Of a stretch of DNA of 64,000 bases, positions 39,458 through 52,080 are shown piece by piece. The DNA is from Octopus bimaculoides. Lineage: Eukaryota. Each line of letters starts with the position of its first letter. Position 1 is the first letter of the stretch. The translations under genes were made by a program, and so were the position numbers. Where the stretch lies: positions 42,898,115 to 42,962,114 of the forward strand of contig NC_068993.1 in assembly GCF_001194135.2 (NCBI RefSeq), written 5' to 3'. The notes beneath the pieces were generated by a model. It saw only the letters and a program-made list of their open reading frames with translations, did no database searches and was not told where the DNA came from.

Positions 39458-40600
39458 GAGGTGCAGGTATAACTGCGTGGTTAAGAAGTTCGCTTTGCAG
39501 CCATGCGCTTTCCGGTTCAGTACCATTGCACGATACCTTGGGCATGTCTTTTCTACTATAACTCCGGAACGACCAATGCCTTGCTAGTGAATTTGTGAAG
39601 CAGCCCGTCGTATATATAGATATATATATATATATATATATANNNNNNNNNNNNNNNNNNNNNNNNNNNNNNNNNNNNNNNNNNNNNNNNNNNNNNNNNN
39701 NNNNNNNNNNNNNNNNNNNNNNNNNNNNNNNNNNNNNNNNNNNNNNNNNNNNNNNNNNNNNNNNNNNNNNNNNNNNNNNNNNNNNNNNNNNNNNNNNNNN
39801 NNNNNNNNNNNNNNNNNNNNNNNNNNNNNNNNNNNNNNNNNNNNNNNNNNNNNNNNNNNNNNNNNNNNNNNNNNNNNNNNNNNNNNNNNNNNNNNNNNNN
39901 NNNNNNNNNNNNNNNNNNNNNNNNNNNNNNNNNNNNNNNNNNNNNNNNNNNNNNNNNNNNNNNNNNNNNNNNNNNNNNNNNNNNNNNNNNNNNNNNNNNN
40001 NNNNNNNNNNNNNNNNNNNNNNNNNNNNNNNNNNNNNNNNNNNNNNNNNNNNNNNNNNNNNNNNNNNNNNNNNNNNNNNNNNNNNNNNNNNNNNNNNNNN
40101 NNNNNNNNNNNNNNNNNNNNNNNNNNNNNNNNNNNNNNNNNNNNNNNNNNNNNNNNNNNNNNNNNNNNNNNNNNNNNNNNNNNNNNNNNNNNNNNNNNNN
40201 NNNNNNNNNNNNNNNNNNNNNNNNNNNNNNNNNNNNNNNNNNNNNNNNNNNNNNNNNNNNTATATATATATTACTGCTCCTTTTTATGTTCAGTTATAAG
40301 GAAAGCAATCTTGCATTAATTTGATGGGCTACTCTATACTTTTGTAGAGTACCAGTATATATGCATGTATGTATGGGCTTATATCTTTGTGTCTTTGTGT
40401 CTATGTTTCTCTATTCACCTGCACCACTTAACAATGGCTGTTGTTTTGTTTACTTTTCCGTCACCTAGCGTTTAGGCAATAGACACCGATAAAAAAAGAT
40501 AAGCACTGAGGTCGATTTTCTCGACTAAAACCATTGAAGGACGGCGCCCCAGCATGGCCGCAGTCCTTTGACTAAAACAAGAAAAAGATAAAAATAAAAC
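39458..40600 (+). mobile_element. SINE family B split by its internal (TA)n and gap 39643-40260
   Basis: Head GCGTGGTTAAGAAGTTCGC...GAAGCAGCCCGTCGTATAT before the gap; tail GGCGCCCCAGCATGGCCGCAGTC...ACTAAAACAAGAAAAAGA after it. Confidence 0.75.
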
Positions 40601-42169
40601 GAAGTGTTAATAGTGTTGATGGTTTGATGTCTGTTGCTATTTTTCTCATTAGAAATTACGCCATATTCGTTTGTCTTTGGTTTCTAAAAGAATGAGAGTT
40701 AGAGCAGAGAGGTTTCTGTTATATGAACACGTGGTAAGATATCGCAAGGGAGATAAACACTTGTAGATAAATCCTAAATCACGATGGCATATAGTTTAGG
40801 TGCTTTGCAGGAGTACAGTGTAAAGCGTTGTAATATCAGTCAGTGGGAGAATTTGGACAACTTATATTTACTAAATAACCCATTATCCTAAAGAACAATT
40901 ACATTTTTATCCTTATTAACTCCTTCATTATGAAATGTGATACGTTACTATGTTCCAAGTAATAATACTACAGTACGCCTGACTCTAATGAAACCGAAGC
41001 TGAATGGTACCAAAAATAATTCTAGAAGGAGGTTTATATAGAATAAATTAGCTCATGTTTTCAATGGTGAGTTCAGAAATTCTTCATTAATTGGCCTTCT
41101 AATTTCTAGGCCCTTAATTTATTGTCAATGTGGACTTCTCTAATTCGTCTTAAATAACATGCTGACTTTACTTATTCAATAATACATGTATGTATATAGA
41201 TATGTGTATTTACATGTATATACACACACATATATATGTATTTGCATTATGAATGTATATGTATATGTGTGTTTATATATATATATACATGTATGCACAC
41301 ACATATTCATAAATATATATACAACGCTCCCCTAACTCCCCATACATACATGTATATGTGTATGCATATATGTATATAGAGAGAGACAGACAGGCAGACA
41401 GAAACAGAGAGAGTGAATGGGTGTAAGACAGGGGCGTATATTTATAAATTTTAATTTGTGTTTCGCACTCTTATTTAATTTTAATTCCCTCTAAAGTTCT
41501 AATTGTTTTCTAGTACCAGCAAATGGCACCCTACCATGCTCCTATCAGCGTTCCAGAACGTCCATTAGATTATTCGAATACATTTCATCTGGCTGGCAAT
41601 TTTAGATTATATTCGAAATTTAGGTTCCTTTCGAAAACGTCATCGTCGTCAAAGCTAACTCCACTGCAAATATATAGAAGAATGTAATTAACATAATATA
41701 TACGCAGAAATTTCATAATATAATCTAACTATTTTTTAATACATAAAGCTAACTGCATTCTCCATTAATATAGAACGAAATGGATTAAAAATAAAGGAAG
41801 CCGTTAATCAGATTGCTATAATCAGTCTGCTACCTTAGTTAGTAGTATTCAATGAGAAAATTGAGGTTAGTAAGAGAAATAAATGTTATTTGTCTGCTTC
41901 AGTCTGTCATTGGTATCCTACATAGATAAGTTGAGAGATTTTATGCTTGAGGCTAAAGAAAGAATTCACTGCTGATTTCTCTGTATGAAGACCCATATAA
42001 CTTGTGGCTGCTTTTATGTCTCTACATCGTGCAACAACTGCTGTTTCTTACTTATGGCTTATTTAATTCATAGTTTCAACTTCAAATGAAATATTTCTCG
42101 AAGAATATGATAGCTGTTATTTTCATTATAATTTGCTGAGCTTCGATGAAGGGCTACAGCCCAAATCTT

Positions 42170-42500
42170 TGCAGAGCCTCCGGTATCATTGATGTTGTTA
42201 ATGTTCCGTTCAAGACGTTGCAGATAATCACTGCAGGAAAGACATGGGCAGCGAGAAGAGTCCAGAGGGATCAATGTTCTGAAGGGGAAGGCTGGGTGTT
42301 GTGGATGATTAGTAAGGAGCTGCGAAGTGAGTCGGATGAAACAAGTGTAATAATGGCTGGAAAGTTGAATAAGTCGGGGACATCTGATTGGCGAAGCTCC
42401 AAGAGATCAGCAAGCTCCGAAGAATAGAGATCAATAGTGTAGTAGTAGAGAAGGCAGAGAGAGGAATCGTCGGTACGTCTATGGACCAGAGATGCGTTAC
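42170..42500 (-). pseudogene. CR1/L2/Jockey-group LINE 3' fragment
   Basis: Minus strand HRRTDDSSLCLLYYY, SSELADL, SLWTLLAAHVFP and (shifted) LQRLERNINNI resemble the RT C-terminal pattern HRRxxxSLCLFY...LWNSLPxxVFP. Confidence 0.6.
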
Positions 42501-42639
42501 TTAAATTTATTAGCCGTCATAAATATTGCAGAACCGTTCTAACACACATTTATAAATCTCCCGTAATAACAGAAAATATGTAGGTAAATGGAACCTACTC
42601 ATTGCAATGTTATTATTTTAGTATTGAAGAATGCGGCGT

Positions 42640-42850
42640 GCAGTAAAAATCATGAGTGCGTCGGACAAAATGCTTAACGTCATTTCTTACGGCTCTTTTC
42701 CTTCAGAGTTCAAATTCCGAGCCCGACTTTGCCTTTATCCTTTCGGAGTCGATCAAATAAGTTCCATTTGAGTACAGCAGGTCGAAGTAGGCGACTAAAC
42801 CTCTCCTCCTAACATTGCTGGCGTGGTACTAACATTTGAAACTAGTATTT
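42640..42850 (+). mobile_element. SINE family A
   Basis: GACAAAATGCTTAACGTCATTTC...GAGTTCAAATTCC...CGACTTTGCCTTTATCCTTTCGGAGTCGATC. Confidence 0.8.
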
Positions 42851-43009
42851 TTGTATTGAAGTAACTTCCAGGATTGTGGAGCAACAGATGTGGAACAGAG
42901 TCTGATGAAATACCAGAAGTTGGTTTAATTGTTCACTGCATTAATTTCAAAAAAAGCCCTCTAGAAATTTACAAACAATATATCAGCCATATTTGTCTTT
43001 TATTTGTTT

Positions 43010-43222
43010 TAATTGATTCGGTCATTTGACAACGGCCATGCTGGAGCACCGTCTTAACAGGTTTTAGTCAGAGAAATTTCCCCCAGGACTTAGCCTTTGT
43101 AAGTATAGTACTTATTCTATCAGTCTATTCTGCCGAACCGTTAAGGTACATAAACACACCAAAATCGGTTGTCAATAGATGGTTGGGGCGGGGGGGTAAA
43201 CACAGATACATAGACATACACG

Positions 43223-43264
<42 letters not shown>

Positions 43265-43570
43265 CATATGCATAGTTGAAATTTACAGAAAGACAAAAGA
43301 CGAAGACAGGTGTATAAACAGCAAGCAGGTGTATTAGTTTGACGCTCGAGAAGGGGTAGAAAGTTTTTTACGTTTCGAGCCTACGCTCTTCAACAGAAAG
43401 GAACACGAGAAAATAAACAGAGGGAGAATAAAAAACACCTTTGGAGTTAGCGGTCTATCATGGCGACTGATATATATACATATATACGACGGGCTTCTTT
43501 CAGTTGTCGTCTACTAAACCCATGTGGTTAAGAAGCAAGCTTCTTACCACACAGCCACGCCTGCACCTAT
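43010..43570 (-). mobile_element. SINE family B with a nested insertion in its microsatellite
   Basis: Tail at 43010-43200 (CGGCCATGCTGGAGCACCG), microsatellite, insertion at 43273-43470, then internally deleted head GACGGGCTTCTTTCAGTT...CTTACCACACAGCCACGCCTGCACC. Confidence 0.8.
43273..43470 (-). mobile_element. Putative Penelope-like pseudo-LTR fragment with minimal hammerhead-like motif
   Basis: Minus strand TTGAAGA-GCGTAGGCTC-GAAACGTA (plus 43369-43393): CUGANGA-like core, GAAAC and palindromic ACGT. No coding sequence attached. Confidence 0.45.
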
Positions 43571-43819
43571 TAAGAAATGCTTACCATTCTGCTAGTTTAC
43601 CACCATAAGGATAACTCTATAATATATTAAGGAAAATTCTAATATGTGTACTAGTCTCATGTAAAATCAGTAATCTTTGCCCATGCGAGAAATCCTTATT
43701 GTAGTACATGGAATCCGAATATCTGTTACACATACATTATTATTATCATCAAGCGCCTGGACATTACTATTTCGAATCCTATAACCCATGGGATTTCCAC
43801 ATACACGGTATATAAGTGA

Positions 43820-44030
43820 CCGAGATCAGAACATTCTTCTGAATAGGACGCCAATTCATTGCAGGATTACTCATTTACAGTTTAGTGGACTGGATCCATG
43901 TGAAAGTGAAGTGGTTTGCTAAAAAAAAAAAAAACTGTTGAACGTGTCGCTCCGTCCGAGGATCGAAACTACGTCTTGATTTTACGATCATATGTACAAC
44001 ACCCTCACCAATAAGCCATGCGCTATCCGC
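43820..44030 (-). mobile_element. tRNA-derived SINE (family C-related; V-domain-like segment)
   Basis: GGACGCCAATTCATTGCAGG...GGACTGGA...GGATCGAAACTACG...CACCAATAAGCCATGCGC in reverse orientation. The V-like assignment is recollection only. Confidence 0.6.
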
Positions 44031-45196
44031 TGTGCGAACACCTATTACAGCTATTTCATTTTACTCGTTTTAACAATGCTTTTAATACATTCATCAATAA
44101 TATACAACTTCCTCTGTAATATTTATTGACGATGTGCCATGGAGAACGAAGATCATGATGTGCAAATTGGGCTATATTCTGTTTAGCCATATATTGCTGA
44201 TATATTTTCACTCACGGCTTCCAGCACATGATTTCAGGCACACAGTTTCTGACACATCGCTTCCGGCACAACGCTTCCGGTCCAGAGCTTTCTGATCTGT
44301 TCTAAGAATGCATAACAGTTAATATTACATTCCAGTGAGTTCGAGACAGTAGTACGTGATGGAGTTCGTAGTGGTAGGTTGGGGGGGGGGGGAATGAGAG
44401 AAAATCGAATGGAAGTGAGAGAATACAGAGACTAAAAGGGAAAAGGAGGGTGTAATCGACATAGTGCTAGACAACCAGCCAATCACTCGACTTTTCTGTA
44501 GTTTACATATTGTGACAGACGACACATAACTCGACAAACCGATCCTCCAACTAGCTGTAGTTAAATACTGCTCGTTATTCCACCTTTATGAGACTTTGCA
44601 ACTGACTGAGGTTATTACACATTAAAGTACAAAGTAGAGAGAACTTGGGCTACGAATCAACGTTATGAACATTTATAAGATAATAATGAATTACAATAAT
44701 TTTTAAATGGATAATTTACATACAATAAGCAAAATTTTTTTGATAGTTTTCTTTTTAAACTAANNNNNNNNNNNNNNNNNNNNNNNNNNNNNNNNNNNNN
44801 NNNNNNNNNNNNNNNNNNNNNNNNNNNNNNNNNNNNNNNNNNNNNNNNNNNNNNNNNNNNNNNNNNNNNNNNNNNNNNNNNNNNNNNNNNNNNNNNNNNN
44901 NNNNNNNNNNNNNNNNNNNNNNNNNNNNNNNNNNNNNNNNNNNNNNNNNNNNNNNNNNNNNNNNNNNNNNNNNNNNNNNNNNNNNNNNNNNNNNNNNNNN
45001 NNNNNNNNNNNNNNNNNNNNNNNNNNNNNNNNNNNNNNNNNNNNNNNNNNNNNNNNNNNNNNNNNNNNNNATATATGCACACGCAGAGACCGATGTGTGT
45101 ATACACACAAACTCTCACACATATACATATATACACTACACATAATCGAGCAAGCATCTATCTATCAATCTATCTCTCTATCTATCTTTCTATTTA

Positions 45197-45248
<52 letters not shown>

Positions 45249-45994
45249 AATGTGTCTGCATGCATGTCAGTGCGTATGTCTCTGTATGCATATGTTTGTG
45301 TGCGAGTGTGTGTGTGTGTGTGTGAGTGTGTGTATGTGCATGTGCGTGTGTGTGTAGACCACCAACTTCCTTGCGTCTGACGGTCGGTTATCTTTTTAAG
45401 CTACGCATAATTATAAACAAACACTGCACTATCTAATATCCCATGACCCAGCAGACAAGTTTAACTGGGTGGCCACAGGCGGCGCTAGTGTGTCATTTCC
45501 CATCATCTCAATACTTAGATTCTGATGTGTTTTGCAGTTCCAGTGTTTTAGATAGATTTCTCGCCTATTTTACTTCTATTTATAGTTGTACTGTAAAGAA
45601 ATTAAACTGGAATATTAATGTGATTACCGAGAAGGATGGCGACCAAACTTTTAAGAACCGTCATGGAATTTCTCATCATAAAATTTGATGAAAAACTCTA
45701 CAAGCCAAGAAGGGCCTTATGAACATGAGGCTGTGCTTCCAAAAATCCTGGCTGACAAAATTCCCAGTCCCGAAAGCATATATGAAACAGCGGTGTATTG
45801 TTAATATGCTGTATAATAATAATGTGCATAGAGAAAACTTACCACTACACTATATATACCGAACACCAAGGAATACAGTTCTATAATAAACACTAAGAAT
45901 GAATTACTAGACATGTCGAATTCAGAGAAACCTGTTTAGATATTTATCACAGAATATAACATGAAAGAAATGCTCTGTGTTGTTTACATTTTAT

Positions 45995-46100
45995 TACTCG
46001 GGTCGATAAATTAAGTACCAGTTGAACACTGCGGTCGTTGTAATCAATTAGTCCCCTCCCCCAAAATTGCTGCCCTCGAGGCAAAATTTGAAACCGTTAA

Positions 46101-46125
<25 letters not shown>
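45995..46125 (+). mobile_element. SINE family A 3' half with (ATT)n tail
   Basis: GGGTCGATAAATTAAGTACCAGTTGAACACTGCGGTCG...TAGTCCCCTCCCCCAAAATTGCTG. Confidence 0.8.
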
Positions 46126-46131
<6 letters not shown>

Positions 46132-46622
46132 TCATGTTTGACTTTTGCTTTGCATTTGTACAAGTTGGATCCAAGTCTCACCCAGAGACCTCAAGAGACA
46201 ACAAGTTAGAAGTTCATTATTATTATTTTTTTTTTTTTTTTTGCTAAGGCGGGGAGCTAGTACAGTCGTTAGCATGACGGGCGAAATGTTTAGCGACCAG
46301 TTGAATCCTGGCATCGATCTATCTATTGGACGAACCCCCTCNNNNNNNNNNNNNNNNNNNNNNNNNNNNNNNNNNNNNNNNNNNNNNNNNNNNNNNNNNN
46401 NNNNNNNNNNNNNNNNNNNNNNNNNNNNNNNNNNNNNNNNNNNNNNNNNNNNNNNNNNNNNNNNNNNNNNNNNNNNNNNNNNNNNNNNNNNNNNNNNNNN
46501 NNNNNNNNNNNNNNNNNNNNNNNNNNNNNNNNNNNNNNNNNNNNNNNNNNNNNNNNNNNNNNNNNNNNNNNNNNNNNNNNNNNNNNNNNNNNNNNNNNNN
46601 NNNNNNNNNNNNNNNNNNNNNN

Positions 46623-46722
<100 letters not shown>

Positions 46723-46731
46723 TTTTTAGTT

Positions 46732-46955
46732 AAGGCGGCGAGCTGGCAGAGTTGTTAGCACGCTGGGCGAAATGTTTAATGTCATTCCGTCTGTCTTTAT
46801 GCTCTGAGTTCAAATTCCGCTGAGGTTGACTTCCGCCGAGGTTGACTTTGCTTTTCATCCTTTAGGGGTCGATAAATTAAATACCAGTGAAACACTGGGG
46901 TCGATGTCACCGACTAGTCCATTTCCCTTGTGCCTTTAGTAGAAAGGATTATTAT
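46732..46955 (+). mobile_element. Full-length SINE family A with a short internal duplication
   Basis: AAGGCGGCGAGCTGGCAGAGTTG head; TTCCGCTGAGGTTGAC/TTCCGCCGAGGTTGAC tandem; tail GTAGAAAGGATTATT. Confidence 0.9.
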
Positions 46956-48149
46956 TAAGCTTTTAGTCAAGAAACTAATGGGAAGGATGGAGTAAGGAAC
47001 CTTCAAACCGAACACTTGGTTCTAATACTTCAAGGTGCCAGATGGTGGCGTTAATTAGAGTAACAGATTCATTCGACAACCCAGTTAGAACATGACGGGA
47101 TTTGAACTCGAAATATAAAGAGTTTCAAGGTATTCAGTCCGACATTTTTAAAAATCCTCGATCCAACTGCTCTGGATCGTTACATTTTTATTGACTCCGA
47201 AAGGATTATTGGAAAGCCTAGTTCTACTTATGCAAATAAATGATAATTGTGGTGGGAGCGTCCTCCATTAAAGCCCACCTAGGATAACTAATATTGTCCA
47301 CACTAAAAAAAAAGGGGATAGTTTAAGTAATGCCTTACCTCGAAGTGTGAAAATGCAAACGACGGAAATACTGGCAATTACTTTCGACAATGTAATCGGG
47401 TATAAAAAGAGAGAGTTGTAATCTTTTACCTGAATATGCAAAAAAGAAAAAAAACATTTCTGAAAGTAAGGCTAAGGATATTGCAAGGCTTAAAGGAAAG
47501 AAATTTTGTTGAAGGAATGAATGTTACCCAAGCATTTCCTGTTGGGTATATAATTATTATGGATCTCGTTTTTGAGATATAGTTATGGACCCCAGAAGAA
47601 GAAAACAATGAAATTAATGTTGCTGACAATTAAAATGATAATATAACTGAAGGCATTACTTATTGATGAGTTGAGATTTATGAACTAACTAAACTACTAG
47701 AGCAACGTGACTTCATGTCAGTACAAGAAGTAGTGAATTGTCATTCGATGCATGCAAGACAAAACTAGAAAAGCTCATGGCACAGGCAAGAATAATGAGT
47801 CTTAGTGCAGTCATCTAGCTTTTCGAATTCCTTTAACATCAAATAACCTGGGAGTTTCAATTATCTGCATCACCTCGAGCCTCCGAGGTCACTGTCAATA
47901 CTGAAGCAACTAAAAATTTCTGATTGAATGTACTGTGTTGCTTTGGAAGAGGAAGTATTACAACAATGTCTCTGTATCAGCCTGTAGTTATTTGATTAAA
48001 GCAAATTAATTATCGTTATTTATTAATAACTTTTAATACGAAACCTTTGCGAGGCTCCATTTCTTATTTGATTTATTCTGAGACAAGAGATTATGTGGAT
48101 TTTCAAAGTGTTTAGGTTGAAAGTACAAGACTTCCTTCTAAACGTTACA

Positions 48150-48305
48150 CCCGTCTGTGCCATTGGTACTTACTTTCAGCTGATTATACGAGAGCAACAT
48201 GAAATGAGGCGTCTTGCTCAAGAGTACAATATGCTATCCAAGCTCAGAATCGAACCCACGACTTAACAATCACCGCCCAACGCTTTAATCACTAGGTTAT
48301 GCTGT
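48150..48305 (-). mobile_element. SINE family C-like head, degraded
   Basis: GAGCAACATGAAATGAGGCGTCTTGCTCAAGAG...AATCGAACCCACG...TTTAATCACTAGG. Confidence 0.6.
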
Positions 48306-48852
48306 TTCTATTACTTATTCCCTAGAAACACATTATGAAGACTTCAAAAACCGCTCTTCAACCCTTTATCTATAATTATATGAAGGCTAACATATTTAAA
48401 AGTGCGTTCCCCTCCTGCGTAACTTTCTCTCGAAAGGCAAATATGAAGACCATGTTCTGTAGGAACTTAATATTCACCATGGAGAAGATACTATTTCAGG
48501 AATATAAAAAGAAAAGGTAACAATAAATCCTACGCAGTTATGTTTGAGGAATGAATTCTGGAGGAAAATACCTTCGGATCAGAAAAGCCGGGAGAAAAGA
48601 GTTCTTCTAGTTAGAAGGTTCTGGTGTAAATTGCCAAGATATCAGAATTTCAACCTGTCGCATTATATTTAGCGTTATATGCTAGGAGCGCGTTTCTTCA
48701 TTAGGAATATGCTTGTAGTGAATAAACAAAAATGTGTTGCGGTGAATTGTTAACGAAATTGCCATTTCTCCAAGAAATTTACACTGAAGTATTATGTGAC
48801 TTATTGCAATCCAACAAAAGAGATAATCCGGTTCAAGTTTAGAACTAAATAC

Positions 48853-48890
<38 letters not shown>

Positions 48891-49414
48891 CCGCGTGTAA
48901 ACACACACACCCATTTTCAAGTCCACATTTAATATAATCAAATTCAAACTAGCTTAACATTAACTGTTCAAATATGTGCGTGCGCACGTTTGCGTGAGTG
49001 TGTATATGTTTGCGTGTGGGAGCGTATCTATGTGGGTGAGTGTGTGTTAAGGTAAAAATATACGGAAACACACTAATCAAGCGAAAGAAAATAATAAAAT
49101 TAAAATTATAACTTATAAAATATGCATGCGTAATCATTGTCGATGTTCTGTTTTTCCCATTTTTACCACTTCCCGCCCTATACAATATCCTGCTTTGCAA
49201 ACCTTTAGTTAAAACTTTCATTTCATAATACATTTTTTTCTCTCTCTTATTACGTAGCAAAAGAAACTAAACCTGCATTTTCCGCTCCAAAGAAACATTT
49301 ATAAGCCATCAGTTAACTCTTAGTTTTTTTTTTTTTGTTCTTTTTTTCTTCTGCAAACAAGTAAAGTATTTTAAGTATACCTCTACATTTGACATTTCAA
49401 TATTTTGATGTATC

Positions 49415-50726
49415 AAGGCGTCGAGCTGGCAGAAATGGTAGCACGCCGGGCGAAATGCTTAGCGGTAGTTCGTCTGTCTTTACATTTTGAGTTCAAATTC
49501 CGCCGAAGTCGACTTTGCCTTTCACCCTTTCGGGATTAATAAATTAAGTACCACTTGCATACTGAGGTCGATCTAATCGACTGTCCCTCTCCCCCAAAAT
49601 TTCGGGCTTTGTGTCCTAGAGTACAAAAGAATATTTTGGTGTATTAAGGCGGCGAGCAGGTAGAGTCGTTACCATACTTAGCAGCCTTTCATCCATCTTT
49701 GCGTTCTGAGTTCAAATACTTCCCAGGTTGTCACTGCCTTTCACCTTTTGGTGGGGGTCGATAAAATAAGTACCCGTTGAGCACTGAGGATCGATGTAAT
49801 CGACATACTCTCTCCCCCGAAATTGCTGGCCTTGTGCCACAATTTGAAATCAGTATTTAGGTGTGCAAAGGCAGCGAGTTGGCAGAATCGTTACCGCACC
49901 GGTCCAAATGCTAAGCGGCATTTCATCCGTCTTTACGTTCTGAGTTCAAATATCACCGAGATTGACCTTGCCTTTCATCCTTTCGAGATCGATAAAAAGA
50001 AGCACCTATTAAGTAATGGGGTCGATATGGTCGACTAGTCCCCTAACCCAAAATTTCAGGCCTTGTGTCTATAGTAGAAAGAATTAAAAGGCGGTGAGCT
50101 GGCAGAATCGTTTGCACGCCAGACAAAATGCGTAACAGCATTTCTTCCCGGCTCTTTACATTTTGGGTTCCAATGCCACCGATGTCTACTTTGCCTTTCA
50201 TCTTTTTTCGGGGTCAACAAAATAAGTATCAGTCAGGCATTGGGGTCGATGTAATCTACACCCCTCTGCCCCTAGAATTGCCAGCCTTATACCAAAATTT
50301 GAAAGAATTTTATTAAACGGTAATGTTAGAGCGTTAGACAAAAGGCGAGCTGGCAGAAACGTTAGCACACCGGGCGAAATGCTTAGCGGTATTTCGTTTG
50401 CCACTGCGTTCTGGGTTCAAATTCCGCCGAGGTCGACTTTGCCTTTCATCCTTTCGGGGTCGATAAATTAAGTACCAGTTACGCACTGGAGTCGATATAA
50501 TCGACTTAATCCGTTTGTCTGTCCTTGTTTGTCCCCTCTGTGTGTAGCCCCTTGTGGGCAGTAAAGGTATAGGTATTTCTTCCGAATCCTTCCACTGAGG
50601 TCGTTTTTGCCCTTCACCCTTTCGGGGTCCATAAACTAAGTACCAGTCAAGTACTGGAGTCGATGTAATCGACTTTCTCCTCCCCTCAAGTACGTTGGCT
50701 TTGCGCCAAAGTTAGGAAGAATATTT
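49415..50726 (+). mobile_element. Head-to-tail array of five SINE family A copies, the fifth split by a nested variant copy
   Basis: Heads at 49415, 49646, 49868, 50088 and about 50315 (periods 220-231 bp); nested copy at about 50342-50566. Confidence 0.92.
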
Positions 50727-51769
50727 AGGTTTGTGAAGAACATACCAAACCGTAAAGCCATATTTGACTATTTCTTTGTTAATGGCGGAAGTCGTTTCGC
50801 TTAATCAATTGAAATTGAACTGCTATAAATTTAATGACATTGATATTGATTAAGTCAAATTAATTAATGTTAATATTTTGTGTCTGACCTTCTTGGCCTT
50901 GGTGTCCGGTGCAGTAGTAGATGAAAATCTACATATATACGATTACCTGTTAAGAGTAATTTCTCTTCACAGAGGTCAGTAACGCCTCTTACAAAGGCAT
51001 ACACCAGACTCGATCTTATATTTCTTTCCTTATAAAATGTAAGATTTTTTGCCTATTTCTTTGAGAAATTATTATTCGTTTGCATGTCAAATTCTGCTTA
51101 GTTTAGAATTTTAAAATGTATAACTTAATTCCAATGGCTAAAGTTTTATATAAAACTTAGATGCATTTGTCTCTGTTATAGAACAAATGAAATAAACTTC
51201 ACAAAGTAAGACAGAACAAGTACAAGAAAGATTCGTTTTCGTGCAAGATGTTACCTTAGCTGTCAGCAAATACCAAACAAATGCTTTCTTTGTCACGCAG
51301 AAAACAAGTCCAACTACAACTGGAATCAATCATGTTTGTTACCTTGCCGGAAAATGTTCAATTCTTCCAAAGTCAACGTCGTTTCTAGAAGCCATTAAGT
51401 AAAATAAAAGCCTAACATGAACATTACTCCACGCTTTACACATACCTATATCTCACTAGAGTTAAGCATATACGTACACATAGCTAGAGACAGGCTGTCT
51501 AGGAAGGAAGCTACTGAAGGCAACCTTAACACAGTTACAGCACACTCAGCTGTCATGTATAGGTAACATATTGACTTAACAAATCTGTTGTTTGTAGAGA
51601 AGAACAACTTTAGTATTTTAAAATATGACTACGACCGGAGACCCAAACATCTCCTTAAACCCGTTTTGTGTATCTATTGATTGGGTACGTGAAGATCTTA
51701 ACGAATATGAAAATTTGAATAAATCATATGTGTATGTTTAAGTACATATCCCTTTCTCTATCTCTCTCA

Positions 51770-51814
51770 CATGCTCTCGCTCTCGCTCTCTGTCTCTCTA
51801 TTTATCTCTAACTC

Positions 51815-51851
<37 letters not shown>

Positions 51852-51866
51852 CTCTCTCTCTCTCTT

Positions 51867-51897
<31 letters not shown>

Positions 51898-52048
51898 AGA
51901 GAGAGAGAGAGAGAAAGAGAGAGAAAGAGAAACAAATCGGTAAATAGGCGAATAGATAGATAGATAAATAGATTTGTATACAAAGATGTATTTCTATACA
52001 CACAAACATACGTACGTTCATATATATATATATATATATATGTGTGTG

Positions 52049-52080
<32 letters not shown>

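Noticed and set aside
41514-41687. 57-codon open frame after an acceptor (YQQMAPYHAPISVPERPLDYS...)
   Set aside because: Looks protein-like, but there is no homology I can recognise and no linked exons.
49415-50726. Regularly spaced repeats reminiscent of a CRISPR or tRNA-gene array
   Set aside because: Units are diverged SINEs of about 220 bp in a eukaryotic context, with no unique spacers and no intact cloverleaf.
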